NCBI GenBank assembly: GCA_963666055.2
Contig: CAXWPH010000015.1
Span: 1,312,001 to 1,376,000, forward strand
Direction of reading: 5' to 3'
Length of the DNA stretch: 64,000 nt
DNA from: Acidobacteriota bacterium
GTDB lineage: Bacteria; Acidobacteriota; UBA890; WLXD01
Both the position numbers and the translations under genes were made by a program. Positions 1 to 9,509 of this stretch are shown here, piece by piece (position 1 is the stretch's first letter; every line of letters begins with the position of its first letter). The notes under the pieces are model-generated. The model was given only the letters and a program-made list of their open reading frames with translations. It was not told the origin of the DNA and ran no database searches.

Positions 1-1
1 G

Positions 2-1858
2 CTCCACGACATCGCCGATGCACGGATCTGGATCATCAACGCGATCGATGATCCGGACAGAGGCATCCCGCGACCAACGACCTCGGCAACAGACGCGGCC
101 GGCGGTGGCGCCCGGCGCACGCCGCAGACGTGGATCGCCGCCGTCGCGCTGGCGGTGGCCACCCTTGCCGTCGCCTGGGGGCTTAGCCGCGGTGGTGAGG
201 CGCGGCCGGGATTGGAGTTCGGTCCCACCCACCGGGTCACCGTAATCCCGGGACTCGAGGTCCACCCGGCCATCTCGCCCGATGGATCGATGGTTGCCTA
301 CGCGGCGGGCGCTGCCGACGGGCGGATGCGCCTGTTCGTGCGCCAGCTCGCCGGCGGCAGGGCATTGGCCCTCACCGAGGGGCCGTGGGACGCTCAGCAG
401 GAGGCACCGGCCTGGTCGCCCGATGGTACCCAGATCGCGTTCAACTCGGGCGGCAGGGTGTTCGTCGTACCCGCTTTCGGCGGAGTACCCCGGGAGCTCG
501 TGGAGTCAGCGGATTGGGGAGGCGTGGCTTGGTCTCCGGACGGTGCCAGCATCGCCTTCGTACGCTCGGGTTCGTTGATGCGCCAGGAGATCGACGGCGG
601 CGAGCTCCAGGAGCTGGCCTCGCCGCCAGTATCCAATGCACCGGCGTGGTCGCCCGATGGAGTCTGGATCGCCGTCGTATCGCGAACCCTGGGCTACGCC
701 TTTGGCAACTTCGTGGGCAACATCGCGTCCAGCGCCATCTGGCTGATTTCGACGGAGGGAGGTGAGCCCGTTTTGGTGATTGATGACGGGCGGGTCAACG
801 CCAGCCCCCAGTGGCTCCCGAGCTCCCGGGAGCTGTTGTTCGTCTCCGACCGAGACGGCAAGCTCGACCTGTACGGGATCACCATCGCGCCTTCGGGCGA
901 GCCCACCGGGCCACCGCGGCGTCTCAGTACCGGGCTCGACGTTCATACCTTCACGCTCTCCGCTGACGGAAGCCGGTTGGCGTACGCGGAGTTGGAACAA
1001 CGTTCAAACATCTGGTCCATCGATATTCCGGGGAGCGACGCCCCCGTCTCGATCGTAGAGGCACAGCCCGTGACTGAGGGCAGCCAGGCTATCGAGGGGA
1101 TTGCGGTCTCCCCAGACCGGGAGTGGCTTGCCTTCGATTCGGATCGCTGGGGTGACTCGGACATATACCGCATGCCGCTGGCAGGGGGACCGCTGGAGCA
1201 GCTGACAGACGATCCCGCCGACGACTTCATGCCGGCTTTCTCGCCGGACGGATCGGAGATCGTCTTCTACTCGTTCCGCAATGGCAGCCGCGATCTCTAC
1301 GTCATGTCGGCGACCGGGACCCGCGAAAGACAGGTCACCGCTGGGCCGGCGCAGGACCGCTACCCCCACTGGTCCCCCGACGGCAACAGTCTGGTGTTCC
1401 ACTCGGATCGAACGGGTCGGCAAGAGATCTGGATGGTCGCCCGCGAAGAGCGCGACGGCGATTGGGCGGAACCGGTGCAGCTCACTACCGACGGTGGCGT
1501 TCACGCCCGGTGGTCGCCGCTCGGGGACACCGTCGCGTACGGCACACCTAGTGGCCTGTGGCTCATCCCCGTCGTGGGCGGGGCCGCCCGGCTGCTGGTT
1601 GGTGAGAGTTCGACCTTCCCCCCGTTCCCGAACTGGTCACGAGACGGGCAGACCATCTATTACACGGTGGTCGATGCTCGGTTGCGGGCGCAGTTCTGGG
1701 CGGTTCCCGCCGCTGGCGGTGAGCCACGCCTGTTGGTGTTCGACGACCCCTCAATGCCGTCGTACAGATCGCATTGGGCCACGGACGGCGAGCGCTTCTA
1801 CTTCACCATCGCCGAGATGGAGAGCGATATCTGGGTGATCGAGCTTGGCTCGCGCTGA
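2..1858 (+). CDS. Ser/Thr protein kinase with TolB-like (PD40) beta-propeller, 5'-truncated by the window edge
   Basis: The frame is open from base 2: LHDIADARI (end of kinase domain, cf. RLRDIGDVRV in 11235-13880), then a TM segment and many WSPDG repeats. Confidence 0.85.
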   Translation, partial: LHDIADARIWIINAIDDPDRGIPRPTTSATDAAGGGARRTPQTWIAAVALAVATLAVAWGLSRGGEARPGLEFGPTHRVTVIPGLEVHPAISPDGSMVAYAAGAADGRMRLFVRQLAGGRALALTEGPWDAQQEAPAWSPDGTQIAFNSGGRVFVVPAFGGVPRELVESADWGGVAWSPDGASIAFVRSGSLMRQEIDGGELQELASPPVSNAPAWSPDGVWIAVVSRTLGYAFGNFVGNIASSAIWLISTEGGEPVLVIDDGRVNASPQWLPSSRELLFVSDRDGKLDLYGITIAPSGEPTGPPRRLSTGLDVHTFTLSADGSRLAYAELEQRSNIWSIDIPGSDAPVSIVEAQPVTEGSQAIEGIAVSPDREWLAFDSDRWGDSDIYRMPLAGGPLEQLTDDPADDFMPAFSPDGSEIVFYSFRNGSRDLYVMSATGTRERQVTAGPAQDRYPHWSPDGNSLVFHSDRTGRQEIWMVAREERDGDWAEPVQLTTDGGVHARWSPLGDTVAYGTPSGLWLIPVVGGAARLLVGESSTFPPFPNWSRDGQTIYYTVVDARLRAQFWAVPAAGGEPRLLVFDDPSMPSYRSHWATDGERFYFTIAEMESDIWVIELGSR

Positions 1859-1904
1859 ATCCGGTTCCGAGGAGCTGAAGCGGCTCGTGCCGACGGATCA
1901 GTAG
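1855..1904 (+). pseudogene. Kinase-propeller C-terminal remnant (EELKRLVPTDQ*)
   Basis: Matches the WFDELKRLVPTEP* tail at 50558-50600; 34/36 nt identical to 2206-2241. Confidence 0.75.
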
Positions 1905-1922
1905 AGACGCGGGAGGTGTTTC

Positions 1923-2215
1923 ATGCACGAGCACACGAGCCTATCCAAGCTTCCTCCGTTGTGGTTCGGGAGGGTGAGCCGAGTGGTACTTGGGGTGGCG
2001 ACGCTTGTCGGGCCGTGGAACTTGGCGGCATCCCTTTCATCGCGTCGGTACTTCTCGGTTTGTCGTTCCTAGTTGGAGGGCTGATGGGCAATCCTGGCTG
2101 TGAGCTTTCAGCGCTTCCCAACTTGGTCTTGCCGTCAGACAAGCGTGTGCACTTTCCCTGAATAATCTGGACCCCCTTGGACAGGGTGGAGCATGCGTTG
2201 AGGAAGAGGAGCTGA
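1923..2215 (+). pseudogene. Small membrane protein (DUF6410-like), frameshifted, with in-frame TGA (possible Sec)
   Basis: GGAGGT RBS and ATG at 1923 (MHEHTSLSKLPPLWFGRVSRVVLG); shift near 2010-2030 into GNPGCELSALPNL...HFP-TGA-IIWTPLDRVE. Confidence 0.55.
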
Positions 2216-2241
2216 AGCAGCTCGTGCCGACGGAGCAGTAG
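2206..2241 (+). repeat. Second kinase C-terminal remnant (EELKQLVPTEQ*)
   Basis: Direct repeat of 1869-1904. Confidence 0.75.
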
Positions 2242-2355
2242 CGCGCTCAGGCGAGTCTCGGGGGAGCTAGCGTGCTCAGATTTCCTATTGGCGGGAGCGC
2301 GTATTCGCACGAGTACCGGCGTCCACCTGTGCGCCGTCCACCCTAAAACAGGTGT

Positions 2356-2453
2356 GGTGTCCAATAGGTGTCCATCAACAGGCGAAAAGCGGCGAAATCC
2401 GGCTACAAACGGCAAACTGCTGTCGCTACCTAATGCGCCGTAAGTTGTTGATA
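2356..2453. mobile_element. att-arm region on the 3' side of the tRNA (arm-type repeats plus IHF site)
   Basis: GGTGTCCA direct repeat at 2356 and 2367; TATCAACAACTTA (- strand, 2441-2453) fits the IHF consensus WATCAANNNNTTR. Confidence 0.5.
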
Positions 2454-2470
2454 ACACTGGGAATCAAAGG

Positions 2471-2544
2471 CGCGCCCGGGAGGATTCGAACCTCCGACCT
2501 GCGGATTAGAAGTCCGCTGCTCTATCCAGCTGAGCTACGGGCGC
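2471..2544 (-). tRNA. tRNA-Arg(TCT)
   Basis: Full cloverleaf: acceptor GCGCCCG/CGGGCGC, anticodon arm GCGGA-CTTCTAA-TCCGC, T arm GGAGG-TTCGAAT-CCTCC; followed by CCT rather than CCA. Confidence 0.97.
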
Positions 2545-2678
2545 CCTTTATTCATCGGCACTTACAAGCCGCACGGTGGTTTCGTGAGGCCGATTATGGC
2601 CAAACTGTGCCCGCAGTTTAGCAAGAAGTCGGGGTAGCTCCGGCGCAGGAGCTGACCTAGCTGGTCGTTCCGCCAACC

Positions 2679-2750
2679 TGGATCCCCAGCCGTCGCGGCG
2701 ATAGGCTTCAGGCGCCCACCCACTCCTCTGTGGTAGCGCCATGGGACCCA
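2679..2750 (+). promoter_or_regulatory. Kinase-type sigma70 promoter, leader and start remnant upstream of the SpdH-like gene
   Basis: TGGATC-N17-TAGGCT-N33-ATG; homologous to 11173-11237. Confidence 0.65.
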
Positions 2751-2854
2751 GCTCGCCAGAGACGCCGGGCGGTTGGCGCGAAACTAGCGCGACACGTGAT
2801 TCTTCCAGACGACGATCGTAGTCCCGTCAGGTTTCCAGGAAAGGCACAACAGCG

Positions 2855-4771
2855 ATGAGCAAGATTCTGAGAAGGGATTTCATCAACGGAGCTCTAATGG
2901 TGGCAGGAACATCCATGTTCCCGTTCGGAGGCAAGGAGGACTCTGTTCTGGCCGCCCTCCAAGCACCGTATTACCCGCCAGCGGAAACAGGACTAAGGGG
3001 TAGCCACCCAGGATCGAACACCCACGCCCATGCGCAAGCATTCCATGGCAAGTCCGATTGGGGACCAACCACCAGGCTCAAAGAAGAGTACGACCTGGTT
3101 GTCGTAGGAGGCGGGATCAGCGGACTGTCGGCTGCCTATTTCTATCAACAAGTTCACGGACGGAACAAGAAGGTACTTGTACTCGACAATCACGATGATT
3201 TCGGTGGCCACGCCAGAAGAAATGAACACACAGTTGGGGGTGACACGAGAATCATCCGCGGTGGATCGGAGAGCTTAGAGAGTCCACATGCATTCAGTGA
3301 CGTCGCGAAAGGACTGCTAGACGACCTAAGCGTAGCCCTGGATCGATTCAACACCGCCTATGACTTCGACTTCTTCAAGCGACACGATTTGGGGGCCGTC
3401 ACCTATTTCAACAAGAGAGTCTTTGGCGAAGACAAAGTCGTAAAGCATCCGTATTGTGGCTACCCATCGTTTATCCAAGGGCTCAAGCCGCCAGAACTGG
3501 CCCATGAAGAGGCGGTACAACAAGCTCCTTTGAGCGAGAAAGGCAAGGAGCAATTGCTCACCGTCCTCAACGGTGGTCTACACGTATTACCGGTGCCCCA
3601 AGAGGAATCACAGGACTACATCTCCACCCATTCCTACTTCGATTATCTCAAGAGCACCCTGGGTGTCGACGATCCCGGGGTCCTACGGATGGCCAGACAT
3701 TCCGTTGTCGATGTCGACGGGGCGGGTGGGGACGTCATGACCATATTGGAAGCGCTGGAATCTGGGGCCATGGGTCTGGATCCGTCGTCACTCGAAGATG
3801 TAATGGACGAAGAGGAATATAGAAACTACATAGAGAGCTATGGGTACCTATACGACGAGGGGGACCCATACATACATCACTTTCCCGATGGCAATGCAAC
3901 GATTGCACGCCTGCTGGTACGAAAGATGATTTCTGGCGTTGGAACAGGGAACAACGCTGACGACATCGTACTATCGAGATTCAACTATGACGAGCTAGAC
4001 AAAGCCAGCAACGCCGTACGAATCAGATTGAACAGTACGGTCGTCAATGCGGTCCATCGCGGCGATCCCGACAGCTCGAGTGAAGTAACCGTCACCTACA
4101 TCAATGACAACAAGTCCTATCAAGTAACAGGAAGAGCTGTCGTAATGGCCTGTTACAACATGATGATTCCCTATCTGGTCCCCGATCTTCCAGCCGATCA
4201 GGCAGCTGCCTTGAAGCGTCTCGTGAAGCTCCCCATACAGATCACTACCGTCGGGTTACGGAACTGGAGGGCAATGAAAGAGTTGGGGATCGGAATGGCC
4301 ATGTCGCCCGGGAACATGCACCAAGTGGTGGGGATGGACTATCCGATTAGCATGGGTGGCTATGAGTTCACCAGCACGCCGGACGACCCCTGTGCCATCT
4401 ACATGACGAGTTGTCCAGTAGGAGAAACCGTTGGCGCACCTCCCGTCGAACAATTCCGCGAAGCAAGACACAGAATGCTGGCGTTAGAGTTCAACGATTA
4501 CGAAACCGAAGTCAGGGAACACCTGAGTGGCATGCTCCCAAAGAACTTATTTGAGTTCGACAGAGATGTTGAAAGTATTTCGGTAAATCGTTGGGCGCAC
4601 GGTTACGCTCATAATGGCTATGCACTCTATGACCCGGAAATGCCAGAAATGGCACGAATGGGGCGGCAACCCTTTGGCCGAATTACCATTGCCAACATTG
4701 ACTCTGCGGTTAGTTCTTATGTGAACGTTGCAATAGATCAGGCATGGAGAGCAGTGAGGGAATTGGGATGA
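2855..4771 (+). CDS. FAD-dependent oxidoreductase, spermidine dehydrogenase-like, Tat motif
   Basis: LRRDFING, GLRGSH, VVGGGISG, DNHDDFGGHA, HFPDGNA, NRWAHGY. Confidence 0.85.
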   Translation: MSKILRRDFINGALMVAGTSMFPFGGKEDSVLAALQAPYYPPAETGLRGSHPGSNTHAHAQAFHGKSDWGPTTRLKEEYDLVVVGGGISGLSAAYFYQQVHGRNKKVLVLDNHDDFGGHARRNEHTVGGDTRIIRGGSESLESPHAFSDVAKGLLDDLSVALDRFNTAYDFDFFKRHDLGAVTYFNKRVFGEDKVVKHPYCGYPSFIQGLKPPELAHEEAVQQAPLSEKGKEQLLTVLNGGLHVLPVPQEESQDYISTHSYFDYLKSTLGVDDPGVLRMARHSVVDVDGAGGDVMTILEALESGAMGLDPSSLEDVMDEEEYRNYIESYGYLYDEGDPYIHHFPDGNATIARLLVRKMISGVGTGNNADDIVLSRFNYDELDKASNAVRIRLNSTVVNAVHRGDPDSSSEVTVTYINDNKSYQVTGRAVVMACYNMMIPYLVPDLPADQAAALKRLVKLPIQITTVGLRNWRAMKELGIGMAMSPGNMHQVVGMDYPISMGGYEFTSTPDDPCAIYMTSCPVGETVGAPPVEQFREARHRMLALEFNDYETEVREHLSGMLPKNLFEFDRDVESISVNRWAHGYAHNGYALYDPEMPEMARMGRQPFGRITIANIDSAVSSYVNVAIDQAWRAVRELG

Positions 4772-4954
4772 AACGCTTAGGCGGGCCGGGGAGAGCCAAC
4801 CTGTAGACCGGGCGCTGATCCGGTGCCGGCGATGTTGCTCCCGAATGTGCCCAGGATTGGTCCCGCGAGGAACCAACGAGCCCCGATTGGGCAGCACCAT
4901 GTTCATCGGCGAGCGTCACCTCCAGCGCATGGGGGTTGAAGCTGGCTGATGGTC

Positions 4955-4974
4955 TTGATGGGACGGCCTGCTAG
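4955..4974 (-). mobile_element. IS/MITE end fragment at CTAG
   Basis: CTAG|CAGGCCGTCCC on the - strand, overlapping the sulfatase stop; same terminus as the MITE at 39256. Confidence 0.5.
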
Positions 4975-6545
4975 TCCCTCTCTCTAAAGGCTGGTCTTAC
5001 TTCTGCCTGTTCCTCCCACCGGTCACCGTAAAGCGACTTGAAAGCCTGTGCGTAGTCCGTGGATCCCGTTACGGTTCCGCCTCGCCAAAGATCGTACTCA
5101 ACATCGGAATGGGCGTCGAAGAATGCCGTGAGTCTTCCATCCAGTTCCGAAACTACTTCGGCGTAGTCAGGACTCCCGTATAGATCGTGCATCTGCTCAG
5201 GATCGTCTTGTAGATCGTAGAGCTCGTGCTCACCCGTACCTTTCAGCCGTTTCCAATATGAATACCGATCGGTTCTGATTGCACGGGTCGCCTGTTGATC
5301 CATATACACGGCGTCGGCCCACGCCTCGAGCGTCCCACCTCGTAGGTGGTCAGCGAAACTCCTTCCAGGAGAGTCAGCTATTTCCACATCCGCAAACCCA
5401 GCCAGATCAAGCACTGTGGGCATGAGGTCGTATTGCCCAACGAGCAGATCACTCACTTGCCCTTTCTTGATGTGTCCTGGATAGCGAGCAATGAACGGTA
5501 TGTTCATCGGCGTATCGTACAGACCTGCCGGAAAAGCGTAGTCAGTATGACCCCAAAGTCCATGCTGTCCGAAGAAATTTCCCTGATCACTCGTGTAAAT
5601 CACTAACGTGTCGTCTTCGAGTTGATTTTCCTTCAGTGCTGCCAATAGACGGCCGACACCTTCGTCTACCATCGTGTTTTGTGACGCGACATTAGCCATT
5701 GTTGCTTGGTCGTTGTGCATGCGTGCCAAGCTGGCGTACCACCCGGAGTACGGTGGCCTTAACCGCTCGAGTATCCTGTCGTTGATCCTGTTTCTAGGAA
5801 ACGAAGGAAACTCTTTGTCCTTGTAGTACGCATAATGAGGGTTCTTGGCGGGACCGAGGTTTGTTGGTGGGTTCAGATAAGGACCGTTGAAGGTAACCAG
5901 CAGGAAGAAGGGCCTCTGGTGATCATAGTCCTCCAAGTATGCGACAGCTTTGTCGGCAAAGAACTCGACGCTGTGCTTATCCTCTAATCTGTACGTTCTG
6001 GTGTTGTCATTGATCTCATTGGACCAGAAATCGACGGTATGGCCCAGATTGAACGTCACCCAATAATCGAACCAGTCGTCCGGCGGACGTGGCTGACCTA
6101 GGTGCCATTTGCCGATCAATGATGTCTGATATCCTCGAGTTCTCAGCGTGTACGGTAATGTTCTGTACTCTCTGATCGCATTCCAATCGTCGGGCCAATT
6201 CTCCATCTTTGCGTCATCTAGCCAGTCGTGAACGCCATGTTGAGAAGGTAGGAGCCCGGTCAGCAGTGTTGCGCGTGTTGGGGAACACATACCGTGTACG
6301 GCAAAGGCACGGGTAAGACGCATTCCTTCGTTGGCTAGCCGATCAATATTGGGTGTCCTGACATCCGGGTTTCCATAAACGCCGAGGATCGAGGCGGGTT
6401 GGTTGTCGACGACTATGTAGAGGATATTCGGCTTGCCTTGGGCTTCGGCGAACATTGGAAGAGAGAAGAAGAGAAAAGAGACAAACAAAAATGGCGTCCG
6501 ACGAGTGCCGAAACGACGACTCGGCGCTGATATCTGATCGCTCAT
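4971..6545 (-). CDS. Sulfatase (Cys-type), secreted
   Basis: CSPTRATLLTG and GKWHLG motifs; signal peptide. Confidence 0.92.
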   Translation of the reverse strand: MSDQISAPSRRFGTRRTPFLFVSFLFFSLPMFAEAQGKPNILYIVVDNQPASILGVYGNPDVRTPNIDRLANEGMRLTRAFAVHGMCSPTRATLLTGLLPSQHGVHDWLDDAKMENWPDDWNAIREYRTLPYTLRTRGYQTSLIGKWHLGQPRPPDDWFDYWVTFNLGHTVDFWSNEINDNTRTYRLEDKHSVEFFADKAVAYLEDYDHQRPFFLLVTFNGPYLNPPTNLGPAKNPHYAYYKDKEFPSFPRNRINDRILERLRPPYSGWYASLARMHNDQATMANVASQNTMVDEGVGRLLAALKENQLEDDTLVIYTSDQGNFFGQHGLWGHTDYAFPAGLYDTPMNIPFIARYPGHIKKGQVSDLLVGQYDLMPTVLDLAGFADVEIADSPGRSFADHLRGGTLEAWADAVYMDQQATRAIRTDRYSYWKRLKGTGEHELYDLQDDPEQMHDLYGSPDYAEVVSELDGRLTAFFDAHSDVEYDLWRGGTVTGSTDYAQAFKSLYGDRWEEQAEVRPAFRERD

Positions 6546-7087
6546 GTTCAGTTCCTCCGCAATGCGTCAGCGGGAATGTCCCAGATAGACACCGCCGACG
6601 CAGCTACTCCCGTCGGTGAGGTGAAGATGCCTGGATGCAATCACAGGTGCACTGTCTTCTCCAGGGATCCTCTACCCGATCGCCGGCCGGCGGCCGGCAT
6701 CAGCGGTATGCAGAACTGCTAATTGCAGGCGGTGGACTGCGCCCCGCCGCGCAGCTCGGCCCCTTTCTGACGGATCCGTCGGCACGGCCTCCGGCTGCCC
6801 CCTCCCGACTGGACCGTCGTCAGTTCACAGGCGCGAAACTGATTCTCTGCGCCTCGGATAGCCGGGAGGACAGATCATCCGGCCCAGCTCGCCGCTCGCG
6901 CGCCCGCGGCATCTCCGCTGTGTGAACTGACCTATTGTGGGTAGTTTCGCGCACCGTGGACCGTCGCAAGCTCTGGCGATACGGGTACTGGGGACGGAAA
7001 GTGAAGTCGTATCGCTGTGCGGCGATCTGCTGGGGCGTCGCGTTCGTTGCGTTCCTTATCGGAGGCGGTGCCGGCCGACTCAGCAGG

Positions 7088-7333
7088 TTACAAGTCCAGG
7101 TCCCCGAGCTTCGTGCCCGTGCCTTGGGCAAGGCTACGTCGAGCCTTCTCGATCCGCGCCAAGAAGCGCGGATCATTCTCCAGCTGATAATCGAACCAGT
7201 CTTCCTCGGTCCCGAACCCGACCAATACCCCCGCGGGGCGGCCATGGCGTGTGATCACGACCTCTTCGTGCTCGGCAAGCCGCAGCACGCGCGATAGGTC
7301 GTCCTTCACTTTGGAAAGCGCGATCTTCTTCAT
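7088..7333 (-). CDS. Phd/YefM-family antitoxin
   Basis: MKKIALSKVKDDLSRVL...EEVVITRHGRP. Confidence 0.9.
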   Translation of the reverse strand: MKKIALSKVKDDLSRVLRLAEHEEVVITRHGRPAGVLVGFGTEEDWFDYQLENDPRFLARIEKARRSLAQGTGTKLGDLDL

Positions 7334-7623
7334 TGGGCTTCTCCGAGTCTGCTGAGCCAGTCAGCAGCATCACGCTTGGCAACTACCGCAAGCACGCGTA
7401 CTTGCTGGTCGACAACGTCATAGAACACCTGCACTTCGTCGATCCTCAGTCTGAACTGCGGCTTCCGCAACCCGCGAAGCCGTTTGATCCGACTCTTGCT
7501 CTGCTTCCGTGGCTCGTGGCGCAGGTGAGTCTCTATTGCGTCCCGTACCCGCGCTCGAACATTCGCCTTGAGCTGTCCGAGGTCATCGACAGCCTCCTGG
7601 GCCAGAATGATCTCGTGTCTCAT
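7330..7623 (-). CDS. RelE/ParE-family toxin
   Basis: 97 aa basic protein with FRLRIDEVQVFY; ATGA overlap with the antitoxin. Confidence 0.88.
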   Translation of the reverse strand: MRHEIILAQEAVDDLGQLKANVRARVRDAIETHLRHEPRKQSKSRIKRLRGLRKPQFRLRIDEVQVFYDVVDQQVRVLAVVAKRDAADWLSRLGEAQ

Positions 7624-7632
7624 TCTGGCTAT

Positions 7633-7646
7633 ATTCTAGCTAGAAT
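7633..7646. promoter_or_regulatory. Palindromic operator over the TA promoter
   Basis: Perfect palindrome ATTCTAGCTAGAAT containing a TAGAAT -10-like hexamer. Confidence 0.5.
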
Positions 7647-7884
7647 TTTCGAGTAACGGTAGTAGGCATTCTCGCTGCCGGTGTGTCTCGAGCGTTTACG
7701 AACCGCGGTAGGATCCCGACACTCCCATCGGCGCACTTCGCCTATTTCTTGCCTAACTCTGTGCAAAGAGCGTCGGATTCTGGTTGTTTCTCTTTGTATC
7801 TAATTGTACGCGTGCAGTCGGAACCCACTGCGAATACAAAGGAAACGAGCGAGATACAACCAGATACAAACGGGCGGCTTTGAC

Positions 7885-7923
7885 TTAGAAGTCCGCTGCT
7901 CTATCCAGCTGAGCTACGGGCGC
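7885..7923 (-). repeat. att site: 5' half of tRNA-Arg (copy 2)
   Basis: 39/39 identical to 2506-2544; AGATACAA repeats at 7852 and 7862; IHF-like GATCAATAACTTA at 7934. Confidence 0.92.
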
Positions 7924-8075
7924 GAGTGTCTAAGATCAATAACTTAGGCCGTTGTTGGCCTGGCAAGACGAGACGGATTCGGGACATTGCCTACGAGTTG
8001 ATCGCCCACGAACCCAGACATGTCGACCATTTGACCACCAGGACAGCGGCCCAACCATCTTCGGAGGTCTCACCG

Positions 8076-9395
8076 ATGACAAGGAGTGCAATCAACCGCC
8101 GGGCTTTCTTGGGCTCGTCCGCAGCAGCAGCGATGGCGGCCGGCTGTGGCGATTCGGGATCCGCCAGCAGGCTGGCCGCGGCCAGGCAATCACGCAACCC
8201 GGTGGCGGTCGATGAGCTGCAGCCTGCGTTCTCGGAAGCCGAGTATCAGGATCGCCTACGACGCGTGCGCGAGCGGATGGCACAGGACAACATCGATCTA
8301 CTTTGGGTCATGCTGCCGGAGGGAATGTGCTACCTGCACGGCCTGATCCTCGGCTGGTACCGGGCCAACTCGCCAAAGAGCTGGCTGCCAGTCTCCGGGA
8401 CTGCCGTACATGTAGACCACGACAAGCTGATTCACTTCGACGTCGGCCCTCATCAAGCCACGTTGGACGCCATTACAGTGGTTAAGGACTTCCGCGTTCT
8501 GCAAGGCGGTATGGAGTTCGTCATCGCTGAGCTGCAGGCGGAAGGATGGCTCGGTGGTACGGTCGGCATCGACCGGTGGAGCTATAGGCCTCCTCCCGTG
8601 CTTGCGGAGCGACTCGCGGCAGCCTTCACCGGCGCCGGCTGTACGGTCGTCGACAGCAGCGATGTGATGCGCGACGTTCGGATCGTCAAGTCGCCCGAGG
8701 AGATCGCCGTCATGGATGAGGCGGGTCGGATCGCGGATGCCGGCCATGAGGCCATCCGCGCAGCCCTGCACCCCGGGGTCACCGAGCTCGAGATGTACGG
8801 CGAGGCGTTGCGGGCGATGTTCGCCGCCGGCGGGGGGACTCCGGCGTTGATCTGCGAGGTCACGAACCCCAGAGGCTGGCATGCCTGTCCGTCCCGCAGG
8901 GTCCTCGAGCAGGGTGACGCGCTGTTCGCCGACCTCTGCGGGGTTGCGCACCGTTATCACGTCAACACGTCTCGGACTTATTGGCTGGGAGAACCGCCGG
9001 CCGAGGCAGTCGAGTCGTACGTGAAGAACGCCGGTTCGTTCGCGGTGCTCAGCGAACACGGCCGCGCCGGCACCCCCATTGCCGAGGTCTGCGACGCCCT
9101 CAGAGATTACTACGACGACGTCGGCTTGGACCCGGAGGGATTTGGCTACGACCTGGGCATCAGCTTCCCGCCAGATTGGGTCGGCCCCTTCGTCTGGTCG
9201 TTCGGCCGCTACGGCGACGCTCACACCGTCGAGGTCACCGGCCTGGGCGAGGACCAGGATCAGTGGATCTTCCAGGAGGGCATGGTCACCAACTACGAGA
9301 GCGTCATCGGCGAGGCGTTGATGCAGTCCGTTGTTTTCGAGCCGGACGGGGCGCGCTTGTTATCCAAGTTGCCGATCGAGATCGCGGTCGTGTGA
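8076..9395 (+). CDS. M24 (Xaa-Pro peptidase/creatinase-like) hydrolase, Tat signal
   Basis: INRRAFLG; creatinase-type N-terminal domain; RIVKSPEEI; GYDLG; RBS GGAGG. Confidence 0.85.
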   Translation: MTRSAINRRAFLGSSAAAAMAAGCGDSGSASRLAAARQSRNPVAVDELQPAFSEAEYQDRLRRVRERMAQDNIDLLWVMLPEGMCYLHGLILGWYRANSPKSWLPVSGTAVHVDHDKLIHFDVGPHQATLDAITVVKDFRVLQGGMEFVIAELQAEGWLGGTVGIDRWSYRPPPVLAERLAAAFTGAGCTVVDSSDVMRDVRIVKSPEEIAVMDEAGRIADAGHEAIRAALHPGVTELEMYGEALRAMFAAGGGTPALICEVTNPRGWHACPSRRVLEQGDALFADLCGVAHRYHVNTSRTYWLGEPPAEAVESYVKNAGSFAVLSEHGRAGTPIAEVCDALRDYYDDVGLDPEGFGYDLGISFPPDWVGPFVWSFGRYGDAHTVEVTGLGEDQDQWIFQEGMVTNYESVIGEALMQSVVFEPDGARLLSKLPIEIAVV

Positions 9396-9509
9396 CGGTC
9401 GGGTCCGGCGCCGTGCCGATCTGCCGCCTTCGTCCGGCTGCCGCGGCGCCAATGAGCCCGGCGTCCGGACCGCAGCCCACGACAAGGTCGCCTTCGGGCG
9501 TCTCGACGG

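Noticed and set aside
2352-2621. ORFs overlapping the tRNA and its halves (also 44775-45185)
   Set aside because: They are translations of tRNA/att sequence.
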